Source: Geobacter sulfurreducens PCA
Lineage (GTDB): Bacteria; Desulfobacterota; Desulfuromonadia; Geobacterales; Geobacteraceae
Assembly (NCBI RefSeq): GCF_000007985.2
Contig: NC_002939.5
Coordinates: 1,950,001-1,982,000, forward strand
Direction of reading: 5' to 3'
Length of the DNA stretch: 32,000 nucleotides
The notes beneath the pieces were generated by a model. The model made no database searches, had not been told where the DNA came from, and saw only the letters and a program-made list of their open reading frames with translations. This document shows positions 17,598-27,482 of this stretch, piece after piece. The position numbers and the translations under genes were made by a program. How positions within the stretch are numbered: the first letter of the stretch is position 1; each line of letters begins with the position of its first letter.

Positions 17598-19156
17598 TAT
17601 TGTTCTCCCTTCAAACGGATCAGTGAATTGAATGCATAGGGTAGCCGCTCCTGGACATCGAGAGCGGACATGCCTGTCTCGCCCTTGTCCGCAGCAACCA
17701 GGTCAGCGGCATGACCGTGAACGAAAGCACCCAGTATGCAGGCGTCGAATGGTTCGTACCCCTGTCCAAGGAGTGCCGTGACAACACCAGTGAGCACATC
17801 CCCCATCCCCCCCGAGGCCATGCCCGGATTGCCGCTGCCGTTGAGGGCGATGCGCCCATCGGGCGCCGCGATGACGGACCGTGCGCCCTTGAGGATAAGA
17901 TAGACGCCGAACTGTGCGGCAAAGTCTCGCGCAACGCCGATACGGTCCGCTTCGACCGCCGCAGTGGTGGTTCCCGCAAGACGCGCCATCTCCCCAGGAT
18001 GGGGCGTGAGGACAACGGTGTCGGGGCGCGCGCCCTTCAAGAGTTCGGTCTGCTCGGAAATTGCATTGAGGCCATCGGCGTCAAGGACGAGGGGCACCAT
18101 AATATCAGCCAGCAGGTGCCGCACAAGGGCGGCAGTAGCTGGCTGCCACGACAGGCCGGGACCAAGGGCTATCGCATCCCGGCCTCGAATCGCGTCCCTC
18201 AGCGGAACAAGTGACTCATCCCCGAGGAAACCGACCCCACCGTCAGCCAGCGGGATTGTCATAGCCTCGGTGGTCTTTAACTCGAGAATTGCATTAAGGC
18301 TTGCCGGAACTGCCAGCGAAACGAGGCCTGCTCCGCTTCGAACGGCGCTGTTCGCGGCCATTGCCGCGGCTCCCGTCTTCCCGACAGACCCGGCTATAAC
18401 GAGGCTGTGCCCGAAGCTCCCCTTGTGGGAGCATGGGTCCCGCCGCTTAACCACTGCTGCCGCCTCAGCCGCGTCAACGTAGAGAATGCCGTCCGCTTCC
18501 CGGGCGACTGACTCCGGAATACCGATATTGACAACTCTCAGCCGGCCGCAGTGCAGCGCCCCCGGATAAAGAACGTGTCCGTATTTTGCAAGGGCGAAGG
18601 TTACCGTCAGACTGGCCGTGACCGCAACCCCGAGCACCTTGCCCGTTGCGGCGTCGATACCCGACGGGATGTCGACCGAGACAACCGGCCGAGCTGAAGC
18701 TGCGATGTGCCTGATCGCTTCGGCATACGCGCCCTGCACCTCGTTCTTCAGCCCTGTCCCCAGCAGGGCATCCACCACCAATGCCGCAGCGTCGAGCCTA
18801 GCCGTAAGGGACGAAAGAGTTCCCCCTGCAGGGAGGTAAGAAACCGTCGACGGGTCGAGGCGGTCCAGATTCTCGCGGGCATCACCGCCAATTTCGTCCT
18901 TACGGGCAAGCACAACCGTATGCACCGGCCACCCTTCCCCAGCCAGCAGTCGAGCGATCACATAGCCGTCGCCGCCGTTGTTACCCTTGCCCGCGACCAC
19001 AAGGACCGGTATGCAGCCGTCGCGGCCGAACATCTCTCTGATGGCGTCGGCACATCCGCGGCCGGCGTTTTCCATGAGGACAAGGCCGGGGATACCGAAC
19101 TCGTCGATGGCGCGACGGTCCATCCGCTGCATGGTTTCGCCGCTCACCACCTTCAT
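17597..19156 (-). CDS. nnr: bifunctional NAD(P)H-hydrate repair enzyme (YjeF-N epimerase + ADP-dependent dehydratase)
   Basis: 519-aa ORF. The N-terminal half contains GKGNNGGDG. The C-terminal half is carbohydrate-kinase-like, with GGMGDVLTG. Confidence 0.92.
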   Translation of the reverse strand: MKVVSGETMQRMDRRAIDEFGIPGLVLMENAGRGCADAIREMFGRDGCIPVLVVAGKGNNGGDGYVIARLLAGEGWPVHTVVLARKDEIGGDARENLDRLDPSTVSYLPAGGTLSSLTARLDAAALVVDALLGTGLKNEVQGAYAEAIRHIAASARPVVSVDIPSGIDAATGKVLGVAVTASLTVTFALAKYGHVLYPGALHCGRLRVVNIGIPESVAREADGILYVDAAEAAAVVKRRDPCSHKGSFGHSLVIAGSVGKTGAAAMAANSAVRSGAGLVSLAVPASLNAILELKTTEAMTIPLADGGVGFLGDESLVPLRDAIRGRDAIALGPGLSWQPATAALVRHLLADIMVPLVLDADGLNAISEQTELLKGARPDTVVLTPHPGEMARLAGTTTAAVEADRIGVARDFAAQFGVYLILKGARSVIAAPDGRIALNGSGNPGMASGGMGDVLTGVVTALLGQGYEPFDACILGAFVHGHAADLVAADKGETGMSALDVQERLPYAFNSLIRLKGEQ

Positions 19157-19533
19157 GGGCGCTCCAGCACAACTAGGGCGACGGCGTATGCTCCGTCGTG
19201 GGAAAGGGAAACGAAAGTCCGACTGAGGCTCAGGTCGGTGGCCAGCTTCAGGGCTTTGCCGTGGAGCTTGAGCTCGGGCTTACCGAGAGTATCATTGACG
19301 ACCTCCACGTCATGCCAGGTCATCCCTTCACGCAGGCCGAGACCGCAGGCCTTGAGAAACGCCTCCTTGGCCGCGAACCGCAGGGCATAGTGCTGGGAGC
19401 TCCGGGCCTTGCCGGCACAGTACTCCATTTCATGAGGCGTAAAGAGCCGCTCGAAGAGACGCACGTTCCCTTCTTCGACCAGGCGGTCGAAACGGGTAAT
19501 GTCGACGATATCGATGCCGGTACCGAAAATCAT
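19153..19533 (-). CDS. acpS: holo-[acyl-carrier-protein] synthase
   Basis: 126-aa ORF. The N-terminus is [12 protein letters not shown], and FAAKEA and SLSHDG motifs are present. ATGA overlaps occur at both ends. Confidence 0.92.
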   Translation of the reverse strand: MIFGTGIDIVDITRFDRLVEEGNVRLFERLFTPHEMEYCAGKARSSQHYALRFAAKEAFLKACGLGLREGMTWHDVEVVNDTLGKPELKLHGKALKLATDLSLSRTFVSLSHDGAYAVALVVLERP

Positions 19534-20249
19534 GCGTACTTGACGAGGTCTACCATGTCCCGCACGGCACGGTCGAGCCCGGTAAACACTGCGCGTGAGA
19601 TTATGGAATGTCCGATGTTGAATTCCTCGATACCTCCGAGGGCCGCGACTTTGCGAACATTGGTATAATTGAGGCCATGCCCGGCATTGATGCCGAGCCC
19701 GAGCTTTGTGCCGAGCTTGATGGCGTTTTCGATGCGCTCAAGTTCGGCCTGCTCCTTTTTCCACTCCCGTGCCTCGGCAAAGGTTCCGGTGTGGATTTCG
19801 ATGTAGTCGGCCCCCACCTTGCTGGATGCCTTGACCTGATCCGCATCGGGATCAATGAACAAACTCACTACAATGCCGCCGTCCTGAAGGCGTCCAATGG
19901 CATCGGCAAGCGCCTGCATGCCGACTCTCACATCAAGCCCCCCCTCAGTGGTAAGCTCCTGGCGTCGCTCCGGTACCAGGGTGCACATGTCGGGTTTGAC
20001 CGACAAAGCTATACCCACCATCTCGTCGGTGGCGGCCATTTCCAGATTGAGCTTCGTCTTAACGGTCTGACGGAGCAGACGCAGGTCCCGGTCCTGAATA
20101 TGCCGCCGGTCCTCGCGCAGGTGCACCGTTATCCCGTCGGCACCGGCGAACTCGGCAATGGCGGCGGCCGCCACCGGGTCGGGCTCAACGCCGCCCCGGG
20201 CTTGGCGGATTGTTGCTACATGATCAATGTTGACTCCGAGCTTTGCCAC
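19530..20249 (-). CDS. pdxJ: pyridoxine 5'-phosphate synthase
   Basis: 239-aa ORF with [25 protein letters not shown] and NAGHGL motifs. The GTG start immediately follows the glmM TAG. GGAGG lies 7 nt upstream. Confidence 0.95.
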   Translation of the reverse strand: MAKLGVNIDHVATIRQARGGVEPDPVAAAAIAEFAGADGITVHLREDRRHIQDRDLRLLRQTVKTKLNLEMAATDEMVGIALSVKPDMCTLVPERRQELTTEGGLDVRVGMQALADAIGRLQDGGIVVSLFIDPDADQVKASSKVGADYIEIHTGTFAEAREWKKEQAELERIENAIKLGTKLGLGINAGHGLNYTNVRKVAALGGIEEFNIGHSIISRAVFTGLDRAVRDMVDLVKYA

Positions 20250-21605
20250 CTACTTCCCTCCGATCTTCTTCTCGACCAGATCGGCAATTTCCTTTGCCCA
20301 CCCGGTTATCTGATATTTGTCCTGGCCTTCGAGCATAATACGCAACAGCGGTTCGGTACCCGAATAGCGGATAAGGATGCGTCCCTCGTCGCCGAGCTTT
20401 TTCTCTATATCTCCGATGAGCAACGCCACTTCCGGAATGGTTGTTATGTCCTTCTTCTCCTTGACCCGCACGTTGACCAGCACCTGGGGCAACGGAATCA
20501 TGACCTCCGCCAGTTCGGAGAGACTCTTGTCGGCCCGGCGCATGGTGGCCAACACCTGGAGGGCAGACAGGACGCCGTCGCCGGTGGTGTTGGGGTCGAG
20601 GAAAATCATGTGCCCCGACTGCTCCCCGCCAAGATTGTACCCCCCCTTGATCATCTCCTCCACCACGTAGCGATCTCCAACCGCAGTTTTGACTACTTTT
20701 CCGCCGGCCCGCTTCACTGCGATATCGAGGCCCATATTGCTCATGACCGTTGCTACCAGTGTGTTCTTGCGCAGTTTTTTCTGTTTCAACATCTGAGTAG
20801 CGCAGATGGCCATGATGTGATCGCCGTCCACCTCGTTGCCGAACTCGTCCACGAAGATGACCCGGTCGGCGTCACCGTCAAGGGCAATGCCGAGGTCTGC
20901 CCGGTGCTCTTTGACCGCTTCGCTGATGACCTGCGGATAGAGGGAGCCGCAACCGGCATTGATATTGGTTCCGTTAGGCTTGACGCCATAAGGGATGACC
21001 TCGGCGCCCAGCTCCTCAAGAACGGCCGGCGCAACCTTGTAGGCGGCACCATTGGCACAGTCGAGGACGATCTTCATCCCCGCAAGATCGAGGTCCTTGG
21101 GAAAGCTGTTCTTCAGAAACACCACATACCGCCCCACTGCGTCATCGATCCGGTAGGCCTTGCCCACCTCGGTGGCCACCGGACGGAGCGAGTCGATTTT
21201 CCCGGAAAAAATGAGATCCTCGATTTTGAGCTCCATTTCGTCGGGCAATTTGAACCCATCGCGGGAAAAAAACTTGATGCCGTTATCCTGAAAGGGGTTG
21301 TGTGAAGCAGAAATGACAACCCCTGCATCGGCCCGCATGGAGGAGGTGATATTTGCAATTCCCGGCGTGGGAAGAGGGCCGACCACAAGGACGTCGACCC
21401 CCATGGAGCAGATGCCGGCCACCAGGGCATTTTCCAGCATGTAACCGGACAGGCGCGTGTCTTTGCCGATCACGATACGATGACGGCGATTACCGTCCTT
21501 GAACAGATAGGCTGCAGCCCGGCCGATCTGCATGGCCATTTCCGTGGTCATTGGGTAGACATTGGCAACACCGCGGACACCGTCCGTTCCGAATAATTTC
21601 TTCAT
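20250..21605 (-). CDS. glmM: phosphoglucosamine mutase
   Basis: The N-terminus is [12 protein letters not shown], and the active-site phosphoserine loop is [11 protein letters not shown]. The ORF is open to an ATG at 21623. The ATG at 21605 gives the canonical N-terminus and has AGGTGA upstream. Confidence 0.95.
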
Positions 21606-21609
21606 CGCT

Positions 21610-22026
21610 TCACCTGCTTTCATGTGTCTTGGGGGATTCAGGCCGTGCGGGCGACTGCTCCACCCGGACCGAAATTTCAGCTGGGTATACTCGCGTCACC
21701 CGAACTTTGGAGGGAACAGACAGGCGGGCCTCAAAACCGGTGAACAGGACAGTACCCGCCCCGACCCCCGTCATGTCGAGCGGCATGATAATCTTTTCGT
21801 CACGGAGCTTCAACAAAAGAATATTCGGTCCGTTAAGGGTGACGACCAACTCCCCGGGGCCTTTATCTGCCACGGTATAGCCGGTGGCAACGTTGCGAAG
21901 CTCAAGTGGGACCCGCATGACAAGCTCCCCTTCCCTCCCCCCGGCAACACCGAGCCAGAGGCTGACGGCGAGGACTAGCGAGAGGAGCTTGACATCCCAG
22001 TTTTTCACAAGATCCGTCACGTTCAT
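21610..22026 (-). CDS. cdaR: YbbR-domain protein, short CdaR-like (one TM anchor plus a single YbbR repeat)
   Basis: 138-aa ORF. The N-terminus [17 protein letters not shown] resembles the YbbR/CdaR anchor. A beta-rich repeat follows ([14 protein letters not shown]...VTLNGP...[16 protein letters not shown]). Its start overlaps the cdaA stop (ATGA at 22023-22026). Confidence 0.7.
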
Positions 22027-22817
22027 TCAGTAAGCCACCTGGGTTCAAGGAGCTTTTTAAGAATTTTCCGCAGACTCGCAGCATCGCTGACAGAAATGAT
22101 TCTTCCCCCCACAGCCACGGATATGGTTCCCGTTTCCTCGGAAACTACCAGAACGACGCAGTCCACCAATTCTGTGAGACCAAGAGCGGCCCGGTGGCGG
22201 GTCCCCAGGTTTTTGTTGATGGTCGGGTCCTGCGAAAGGGGCAGAAAACACCCGGCCCGCGTCAGCTTGCCGCGCCGGATGATCACTGCACCATCGTGAA
22301 TAGGAGAATAGGGAAGAAAAATGGATGTAAGAATTTCGCTCGTAATCTTGGCATCAACTTCGGTGCCGGTTTCAACATGACTCATGACACCCATTTCGCG
22401 TTCGATGACGATCAGGGCTCCTATCCGGCGGGAGGAAAGCGATGTAGCGGCGGCGATCAATTCACCGACAATCAGTGAGGCATGGTCTCGCTCCTCCTGC
22501 TCGTCCCGGTCTTCCGTGAGGGCATGGCGATGCTTGCCGTGCGTCACCAACGCCCTCCGGATGTCATGCTGGAAGAGGATGACGAGAATAAGGATTAGTG
22601 AGCTGAACAGGGATCCGACGATCCAGTGAAACGCCTCGAATCCCGCGAGCCGCGACAGGGAGTACAGCGCCGCGAGAAAGGCCAGGACTAGCAGAAGACG
22701 GTTGGCGACCCGTCCCCTGAGCATGATGATCAGGCGATAAATGATCCATGCCACAATCGCGATATCGATTGCGTCGCGCCAACCGAAGATCTGGAGTGGC
22801 TCGGTCATCGTCGTCAC
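22023..22817 (-). CDS. cdaA: membrane-anchored diadenylate cyclase CdaA (c-di-AMP synthase)
   Basis: 264-aa ORF with three N-terminal TM helices. The DAC domain motifs are HDGAVII, GTRHRAALG and ETGTISV. The start is GTG. Confidence 0.9.
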   Translation of the reverse strand: MTTMTEPLQIFGWRDAIDIAIVAWIIYRLIIMLRGRVANRLLLVLAFLAALYSLSRLAGFEAFHWIVGSLFSSLILILVILFQHDIRRALVTHGKHRHALTEDRDEQEERDHASLIVGELIAAATSLSSRRIGALIVIEREMGVMSHVETGTEVDAKITSEILTSIFLPYSPIHDGAVIIRRGKLTRAGCFLPLSQDPTINKNLGTRHRAALGLTELVDCVVLVVSEETGTISVAVGGRIISVSDAASLRKILKKLLEPRWLTE

Positions 22818-22859
22818 CTGACAGGGGTGGGCTGAATCAGTACGGTAAATGGGGTGTGA

Positions 22860-23771
22860 TCAGCGTCGCGGAGCAAGAATCGCCCGGGTCATCAGGGCCA
22901 CATCCCGCATGGCCCGAACATCATGAACTCTCAGTATGGAGGCGCCGTTTGCCACGGCCACCGCCACCGTGGCGGCGGTTCCGAACAGGCGATCTGCTAC
23001 CTCCCTGTCAAGAACGGCGCCTATGAACGACTTGCGGGAAGTACCGACGAGTATGGGCCGTCCCAGGCTGGCAAACTCCGCAAGACGCCGGAGAATTTCC
23101 AGATTCCCGTCAACGCTTTTGCCGAAACCGATGCCCGGATCCACTACGATCTGCTCATTGGGGATTCCCGCCGCCTGTGCGCGACCCATAGAGTAGCGCA
23201 GCGATCCGAGCACTTCGGCAATCAGATCGTCATAGGCCGTATCGCGCTGCATCATCGCCGGGGTGCCGCGTGTGTGCATGACCACGAGTCCCGCCCGGGC
23301 CTCGGCCACGGTGGTCGCCATGCCCGGGTCAAAGGTCAGGCCGCTGATATCGTTGATGACCTCTGCGCCGGCGGCAAGAGCCTCGCGGGCTACAGCAGCC
23401 TTGTAGGTATCGACGGAAAGAGGAACCGGCAGTTTTGCGGCAAGGCGCTCCACAAGAGGCACCACCCGTTGCATTTCTTCAGCTTCGCTGACCGAAGGTG
23501 CACCTGGGCGGGTGCTTTCACCGCCGATATCAACAATATCTGCCCCTTCAGCCACCATGGCAAGAGCCCGATCTTCCGCCGCAGCGGGGTCCAGGTAGCA
23601 ATTGCCGTCAGAAAATGAATCGGGGGTCACGTTAAGGACCCCCATGATACAAGGACGGGATGTAAGGTCAATGCGCCGGCTACGCAGTCGCCATACCCCG
23701 GCATGGTGCTGTCCGGTGGCGTGCTCCGCGCAAAGTAAGGTTCCGGAGCATTGGGCAGTCAATGGAGTCAT
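22860..23771 (-). CDS. folP: dihydropteroate synthase
   Basis: The pterin-binding motif is [15 protein letters not shown], and [10 protein letters not shown] and GIGFGK are present. The ATG overlaps the ftsH stop (ATGA at 23768-23771). That start gives a longish leader of about 42 aa before IMGVLN, so an internal start cannot be excluded. Confidence 0.9.
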   Translation of the reverse strand: MTPLTAQCSGTLLCAEHATGQHHAGVWRLRSRRIDLTSRPCIMGVLNVTPDSFSDGNCYLDPAAAEDRALAMVAEGADIVDIGGESTRPGAPSVSEAEEMQRVVPLVERLAAKLPVPLSVDTYKAAVAREALAAGAEVINDISGLTFDPGMATTVAEARAGLVVMHTRGTPAMMQRDTAYDDLIAEVLGSLRYSMGRAQAAGIPNEQIVVDPGIGFGKSVDGNLEILRRLAEFASLGRPILVGTSRKSFIGAVLDREVADRLFGTAATVAVAVANGASILRVHDVRAMRDVALMTRAILAPRR

Positions 23772-25612
23772 GGAGCCACGGGGGCCTCTTCGACTGCAGC
23801 GCGGCTGGCCGCGCAGTCATCCTTGATGATCCGGTCAACTTCGTCGCCGGTCAGGTTCTCTTTCTCGATAAGCTGTGTTGCCAGACAGTGGAGCACGCTC
23901 AGATTCTCATTCAGGAGCTGCTTGACCCGCGAGTAGCTGCCGTCGATGATTTTACGAATCTCCTCGTCGATTTCCACCGCCGTCGCTTCACTGTAGTTCT
24001 TGTGCATGGACATGTCACGGCCAAGGAAGATCGACTCCTCCTTCTTACCGAAGGTGACCGGCCCCATCTTTTCGCTCATACCCCATTCGCACACCATCTT
24101 GCGTGCGATCTCCGTTGCACGTTCAATGTCGTTACCGGCGCCCGTGGTAAGCTCATTGAAGATGATCTCTTCGGCAGCCCGGCCTCCCATGAGCACCGCG
24201 ATCCGGTTCAGGAGCGACTCCTTGTTATAGCTGTGCTTGTCCTCGATAGGCAGTTGCATGGTAACGCCAAGCGCCCGTCCCCGCGGAATAATGGAAACCT
24301 TGTGCACCGGATCGGTGCCCGGGATCAGTTTGGCAACAAGGGTATGGCCGGCTTCGTGATAGGCGGTATTTTTCTTCTCTTCCTCCGAAATCACCATACT
24401 GCGACGCTCGACACCCATGAGGACTTTGTCCTTGGCGTCGTCAAAGTCCTTCATTTCGACAAAGCTCTTGTCCTTACGCGCCGCCAGCAGAGCAGCCTCG
24501 TTCACCACGTTGGACAGGTCCGCTCCCGAGAAGCCGGGCGTGCCGCGGGCGATTACTCCCAGGTCCACATCGGAAGCAAGCGGGGTCTTTTTGGTGTGGA
24601 CCTTCAGAATCATCTCCCGCCCCTTCACGTCGGGCTGGGGAACGACCACCTGGCGGTCGAACCGTCCCGGCCGTAGGAGTGCCGGATCGAGGACATCGGG
24701 CCGGTTTGTGGCCGCGATAAGAATGACCCCTTCGTTGGATTCGAAGCCGTCCATCTCAACCAGCAGCTGGTTCAGTGTCTGTTCCCGCTCGTCATGGCCG
24801 CCGCCGAGTCCCGCACCCCGATGGCGTCCAACCGCATCGATCTCATCGATGAAGATAATGCAGGGCGCATTCTTCTTTCCCTGCACGAAAAGATCGCGGA
24901 CCCGGCTCGCGCCGACCCCAACAAACATTTCGACAAAGTCGGATCCCGAAATGGAGAAGAAAGGAACTCCCGCCTCTCCGGCTACGGCCCGTGCCAGGAG
25001 CGTCTTGCCCGTGCCGGGAGGGCCCACGAGCAGAACACCTTTGGGGATACGGCCTCCTAGCTTGGTGAATTTCTTGGGATCCTTCAGAAACTGGATGATT
25101 TCTTCCAGTTCTTCCTTTGCTTCGTCTACACCGGCCACGTCTTCGAAGGTCACGCGCCCCTGGGCTTCTGTCAGAAGCTTCGCGCGGCTCTTGCCGAATG
25201 CCATGGCCTTGCCACCCCCTCCCTGCATCTGGCGCATGAAGAAAATCCAGACCCCCACCAGAAAAAGGAGCGGGAACCAGGAGATGAAGATGGAGAACCA
25301 CGAGACCTTCTCTTCCTCGGGCTTGGCAGAGACATTGATCTTCTTCTCCAGAAGCTTTTCGGAGAGCATGGCATCTGTCGGCTTGTAGCTGCGGAATTCC
25401 TTGCCGTCGGAATACTTGCCGATGATCTCGTTCCCCTGGACCGTAACCGTGCTGACCTTCCCCGCATCAACCGCAGCAATGAAGTCGCTGTAGCCGAGCC
25501 GTTCCTGGGTGGTGCGCGGCTTGTTGAAGAGGTTGAAGAGGAGGATCATCATAAGGCTTATGACGAGCCAGAGCGCAAGGTTCTTGTAGAACTGGTTCAA
25601 GGGTACCCCCAT
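23768..25612 (-). CDS. ftsH: ATP-dependent zinc metalloprotease FtsH
   Basis: 614-aa ORF with two N-terminal TM helices. Walker A is GPPGTGKT, the SRH region is present, and the zinc motif is HEAGH. The ATG at 25612 has no SD. A TTG at 25600 ([14 protein letters not shown]...) preceded by GGGGG is a plausible true start. Confidence 0.95.
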   Translation of the reverse strand: MGVPLNQFYKNLALWLVISLMMILLFNLFNKPRTTQERLGYSDFIAAVDAGKVSTVTVQGNEIIGKYSDGKEFRSYKPTDAMLSEKLLEKKINVSAKPEEEKVSWFSIFISWFPLLFLVGVWIFFMRQMQGGGGKAMAFGKSRAKLLTEAQGRVTFEDVAGVDEAKEELEEIIQFLKDPKKFTKLGGRIPKGVLLVGPPGTGKTLLARAVAGEAGVPFFSISGSDFVEMFVGVGASRVRDLFVQGKKNAPCIIFIDEIDAVGRHRGAGLGGGHDEREQTLNQLLVEMDGFESNEGVILIAATNRPDVLDPALLRPGRFDRQVVVPQPDVKGREMILKVHTKKTPLASDVDLGVIARGTPGFSGADLSNVVNEAALLAARKDKSFVEMKDFDDAKDKVLMGVERRSMVISEEEKKNTAYHEAGHTLVAKLIPGTDPVHKVSIIPRGRALGVTMQLPIEDKHSYNKESLLNRIAVLMGGRAAEEIIFNELTTGAGNDIERATEIARKMVCEWGMSEKMGPVTFGKKEESIFLGRDMSMHKNYSEATAVEIDEEIRKIIDGSYSRVKQLLNENLSVLHCLATQLIEKENLTGDEVDRIIKDDCAASRAAVEEAPVAP

Positions 25613-25723
25613 GATGTGGTTCGGGCAATGGACGAACGCCCGCGAACGCTGATGGTTACTGGTTTCAGACCACTAATTGAAAAAAACTATCATAGAAGGA
25701 ACGGGTTGACAAGCGATTTCAGG

Positions 25724-27139
25724 TCATTTCAGGCGCCTGCCGCGTATCCGCACAACAGCCATCGCCCGACTGCCGGCTGTTATCCTTGCAGACTCTCCTC
25801 GACGACAGCCGCATACCCAAAGAAGGGAATCTCCCCTGAATAAGAGCGGGATACTTCGACGGAGTTCGCGGGGAACCTTTTGGTCGATAAAGATGTCCTT
25901 CACCTTCTTCTCTCCGGTCATGCCAAGGGGAATCATGCGGTCGCCGGGCCTCCAACCGCGGATAAGCCAGGGAAACGGGGCCAGCTCCAGGTCGAACCAG
26001 GACTCGGTAGTCGAAAGCTCACCCCACGGTGGAGGACCCGTAGCAATTTCGACAACGAGCTCCCCTCCGCCGGACAGCGGCCAACAGCCGGGACCGTCGA
26101 TCCACAGTTCTTGAAGCGATGGGATGTCAGCCATTCTCCGGGCAAAGGCAACCTCATTGTAGGAACGGGTTACCAGAATTTCTTCGGGCAGATGGAGCCG
26201 TCCGGATGGGTTCTCTGACAACACGAGCCGATCTATCGCATCCACATGGTCAAAGCTTATCCGCGCCAGATCACCCTTGGCCAGCGCGATCGCCTTGCGG
26301 TACAGCCGACGCCGAAGTCCACGCGGTTCTCTGCGCAGGGTGTCGACAGAGCAAATCGCCCCCCCCTGCTCCGTTACCATAACATGCCGCCTCAATGCCT
26401 CTTCGACGAGTCGGCTCAGTAACGCTTCGTCGTCAGCAAGCAATTCGGCTGTTCTGGCAAGTCGGGAAGCGGCGCCCGGATTCAGCCGCCCCAGATACGG
26501 AACGAGTTCGTGCCGGATACGATTACGCAGAAAGGCCACGTCGGTATTGCTCTGATCCTGACGGAACGCCAGTCCGCGCGCATCGAGATAAGCCTCGATT
26601 TCCTGTCGACCCAGCGCAAGAAGGGGTCTCACATACTTCCCGCCGGCCCCGACGGGTTGCATGGCAGACAACCCCAGGCCTCCCGCCCCTCTCACAAGCC
26701 GCATGAGCAGCGTTTCAGCCTGGTCGTCGGCATGGTGGGCCAGAGCGACGGTTCGAGCTCCGCACGCGGCGGCAACGTCATCAAAAAATGCATACCTCGC
26801 CCGTCGGCCGGCATCTTCGAGGGACAGTCGTTCCCATTCGGCTAGTGCTTTTACCTGCTCGCCCCGACTTACGAACGGAAGGGCGTATGTCTGAGCGCAC
26901 TGCTCCACGAATCGCTCATCCTCGTCAGACGCCGCTCCACGCAGCTTATGGTTCAGATGTGCAACAACCAGATCAAGCCGCAACTCGTTAAGCGAAACAA
27001 GGATATCCACCAGCGCAACCGAGTCGGCACCGCCCGATACGGCAACGACAACCCTGTCCCCCGGGCGGAACATCCCGTGTTCAGCGTTAAAGGCTCGTAC
27101 TTTTTTCAAGACCGCATCAACCGGGGATAGCGTTTTCAT
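25724..27139 (-). CDS. tilS: tRNA(Ile)-lysidine synthase
   Basis: 471-aa ORF with the PP-loop VAVSGGADSVAL and the N-type ATP pyrophosphatase fold. The C-terminal TilS substrate domain has the GDRMIPLGMTGEKKVKDIFID motif. Confidence 0.92.
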   Translation of the reverse strand: MKTLSPVDAVLKKVRAFNAEHGMFRPGDRVVVAVSGGADSVALVDILVSLNELRLDLVVAHLNHKLRGAASDEDERFVEQCAQTYALPFVSRGEQVKALAEWERLSLEDAGRRARYAFFDDVAAACGARTVALAHHADDQAETLLMRLVRGAGGLGLSAMQPVGAGGKYVRPLLALGRQEIEAYLDARGLAFRQDQSNTDVAFLRNRIRHELVPYLGRLNPGAASRLARTAELLADDEALLSRLVEEALRRHVMVTEQGGAICSVDTLRREPRGLRRRLYRKAIALAKGDLARISFDHVDAIDRLVLSENPSGRLHLPEEILVTRSYNEVAFARRMADIPSLQELWIDGPGCWPLSGGGELVVEIATGPPPWGELSTTESWFDLELAPFPWLIRGWRPGDRMIPLGMTGEKKVKDIFIDQKVPRELRRSIPLLFRGDSLLWVCGCRRGESARITAGSRAMAVVRIRGRRLK

Positions 27140-27171
27140 GAAGTGAGTCTCGCGTCAAAGCCGTGTAGGGA

Positions 27172-27206
27172 CACAAAACAAAAAACCCCTCCTGACCGGA
27201 GGGGTT
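27172..27206 (-). terminator. rho-independent terminator after tRNA-CAU
   Basis: CCCCTCC-tgacc-GGAGGGG, a 7-bp GC stem plus AA/TT extension. On the minus strand it is followed by UUUUUUGUUUUGUGU. It starts 9 nt after the tRNA 3' end. Confidence 0.75.
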
Positions 27207-27214
27207 ATTGTTAA

Positions 27215-27291
27215 TGGTGGCGGTGCAGGGACTTGAACCCCGGACACTACGGATATGAGCCGTATGCTCTAACCAGCTGAGCTACACCGCC
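27215..27291 (-). tRNA. tRNA-Met/Ile2(CAT): tRNA with CAT anticodon, non-initiator (elongator Met or lysidine-dependent Ile2)
   Basis: The reverse complement is GGCGGTGTAGCTCAGCTGGTTAGAGCATACGGCTCATATCCGTAGTGTCCGGGGTTCAAGTCCCTGCACCGCCACCA. It has a G1-C72 pair. The anticodon stem is TACGG/CCGTA and the loop is CUCAUAU. It lacks the initiator features. Confidence 0.85.
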
Positions 27292-27301
27292 TTATGGTAG
27301 T

Positions 27302-27335
27302 AAAAGGCGAATCGCCATTCAAGCGATTCGCCTTT
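27302..27335 (-). terminator. 12-bp perfect hairpin between tRNA-fMet and tRNA-CAU (partial terminator or processing hairpin)
   Basis: AAGGCGAATCGC-cattcaa-GCGATTCGCCTT. On the minus strand it is followed by UUUUACUACC. On the plus strand it is followed by TGTTTTGTTTGG, so it looks bidirectional. Confidence 0.45.
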
Positions 27336-27343
27336 GTTTTGTT

Positions 27344-27420
<77 letters not shown>

Positions 27421-27433
27421 TCGTGAGAACCAA

Positions 27434-27480
27434 TATGTACCACAGCCGATTCAAGACTGTCAATCGCAAATTTTAATTTT
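27434..27480 (-). promoter_or_regulatory. candidate stable-RNA promoter for tRNA-fMet / tRNA-CAU
   Basis: Minus strand: an A/T-rich UP-like tract (AAAATTAAAATTTGCGA, 27464-27480), -35 TTGACA (27458-27463), an 18-nt spacer, then -10 TACATA (27434-27439). The -10 lies 13 nt before the tRNA 5' end. Confidence 0.45.
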
Positions 27481-27482
27481 AA

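Noticed and set aside
25613-25723. Possible promoter and a direct repeat (GCGTTCG-cgg-GCGTTCG) in the tilS-ftsH spacer
   Set aside because: The best hexamer pairs are TTGTCA-17 nt-TAGTTT, or TATGAT without a -35. Both are weak and ambiguous, and the 7-nt direct repeat is too short to separate from chance.
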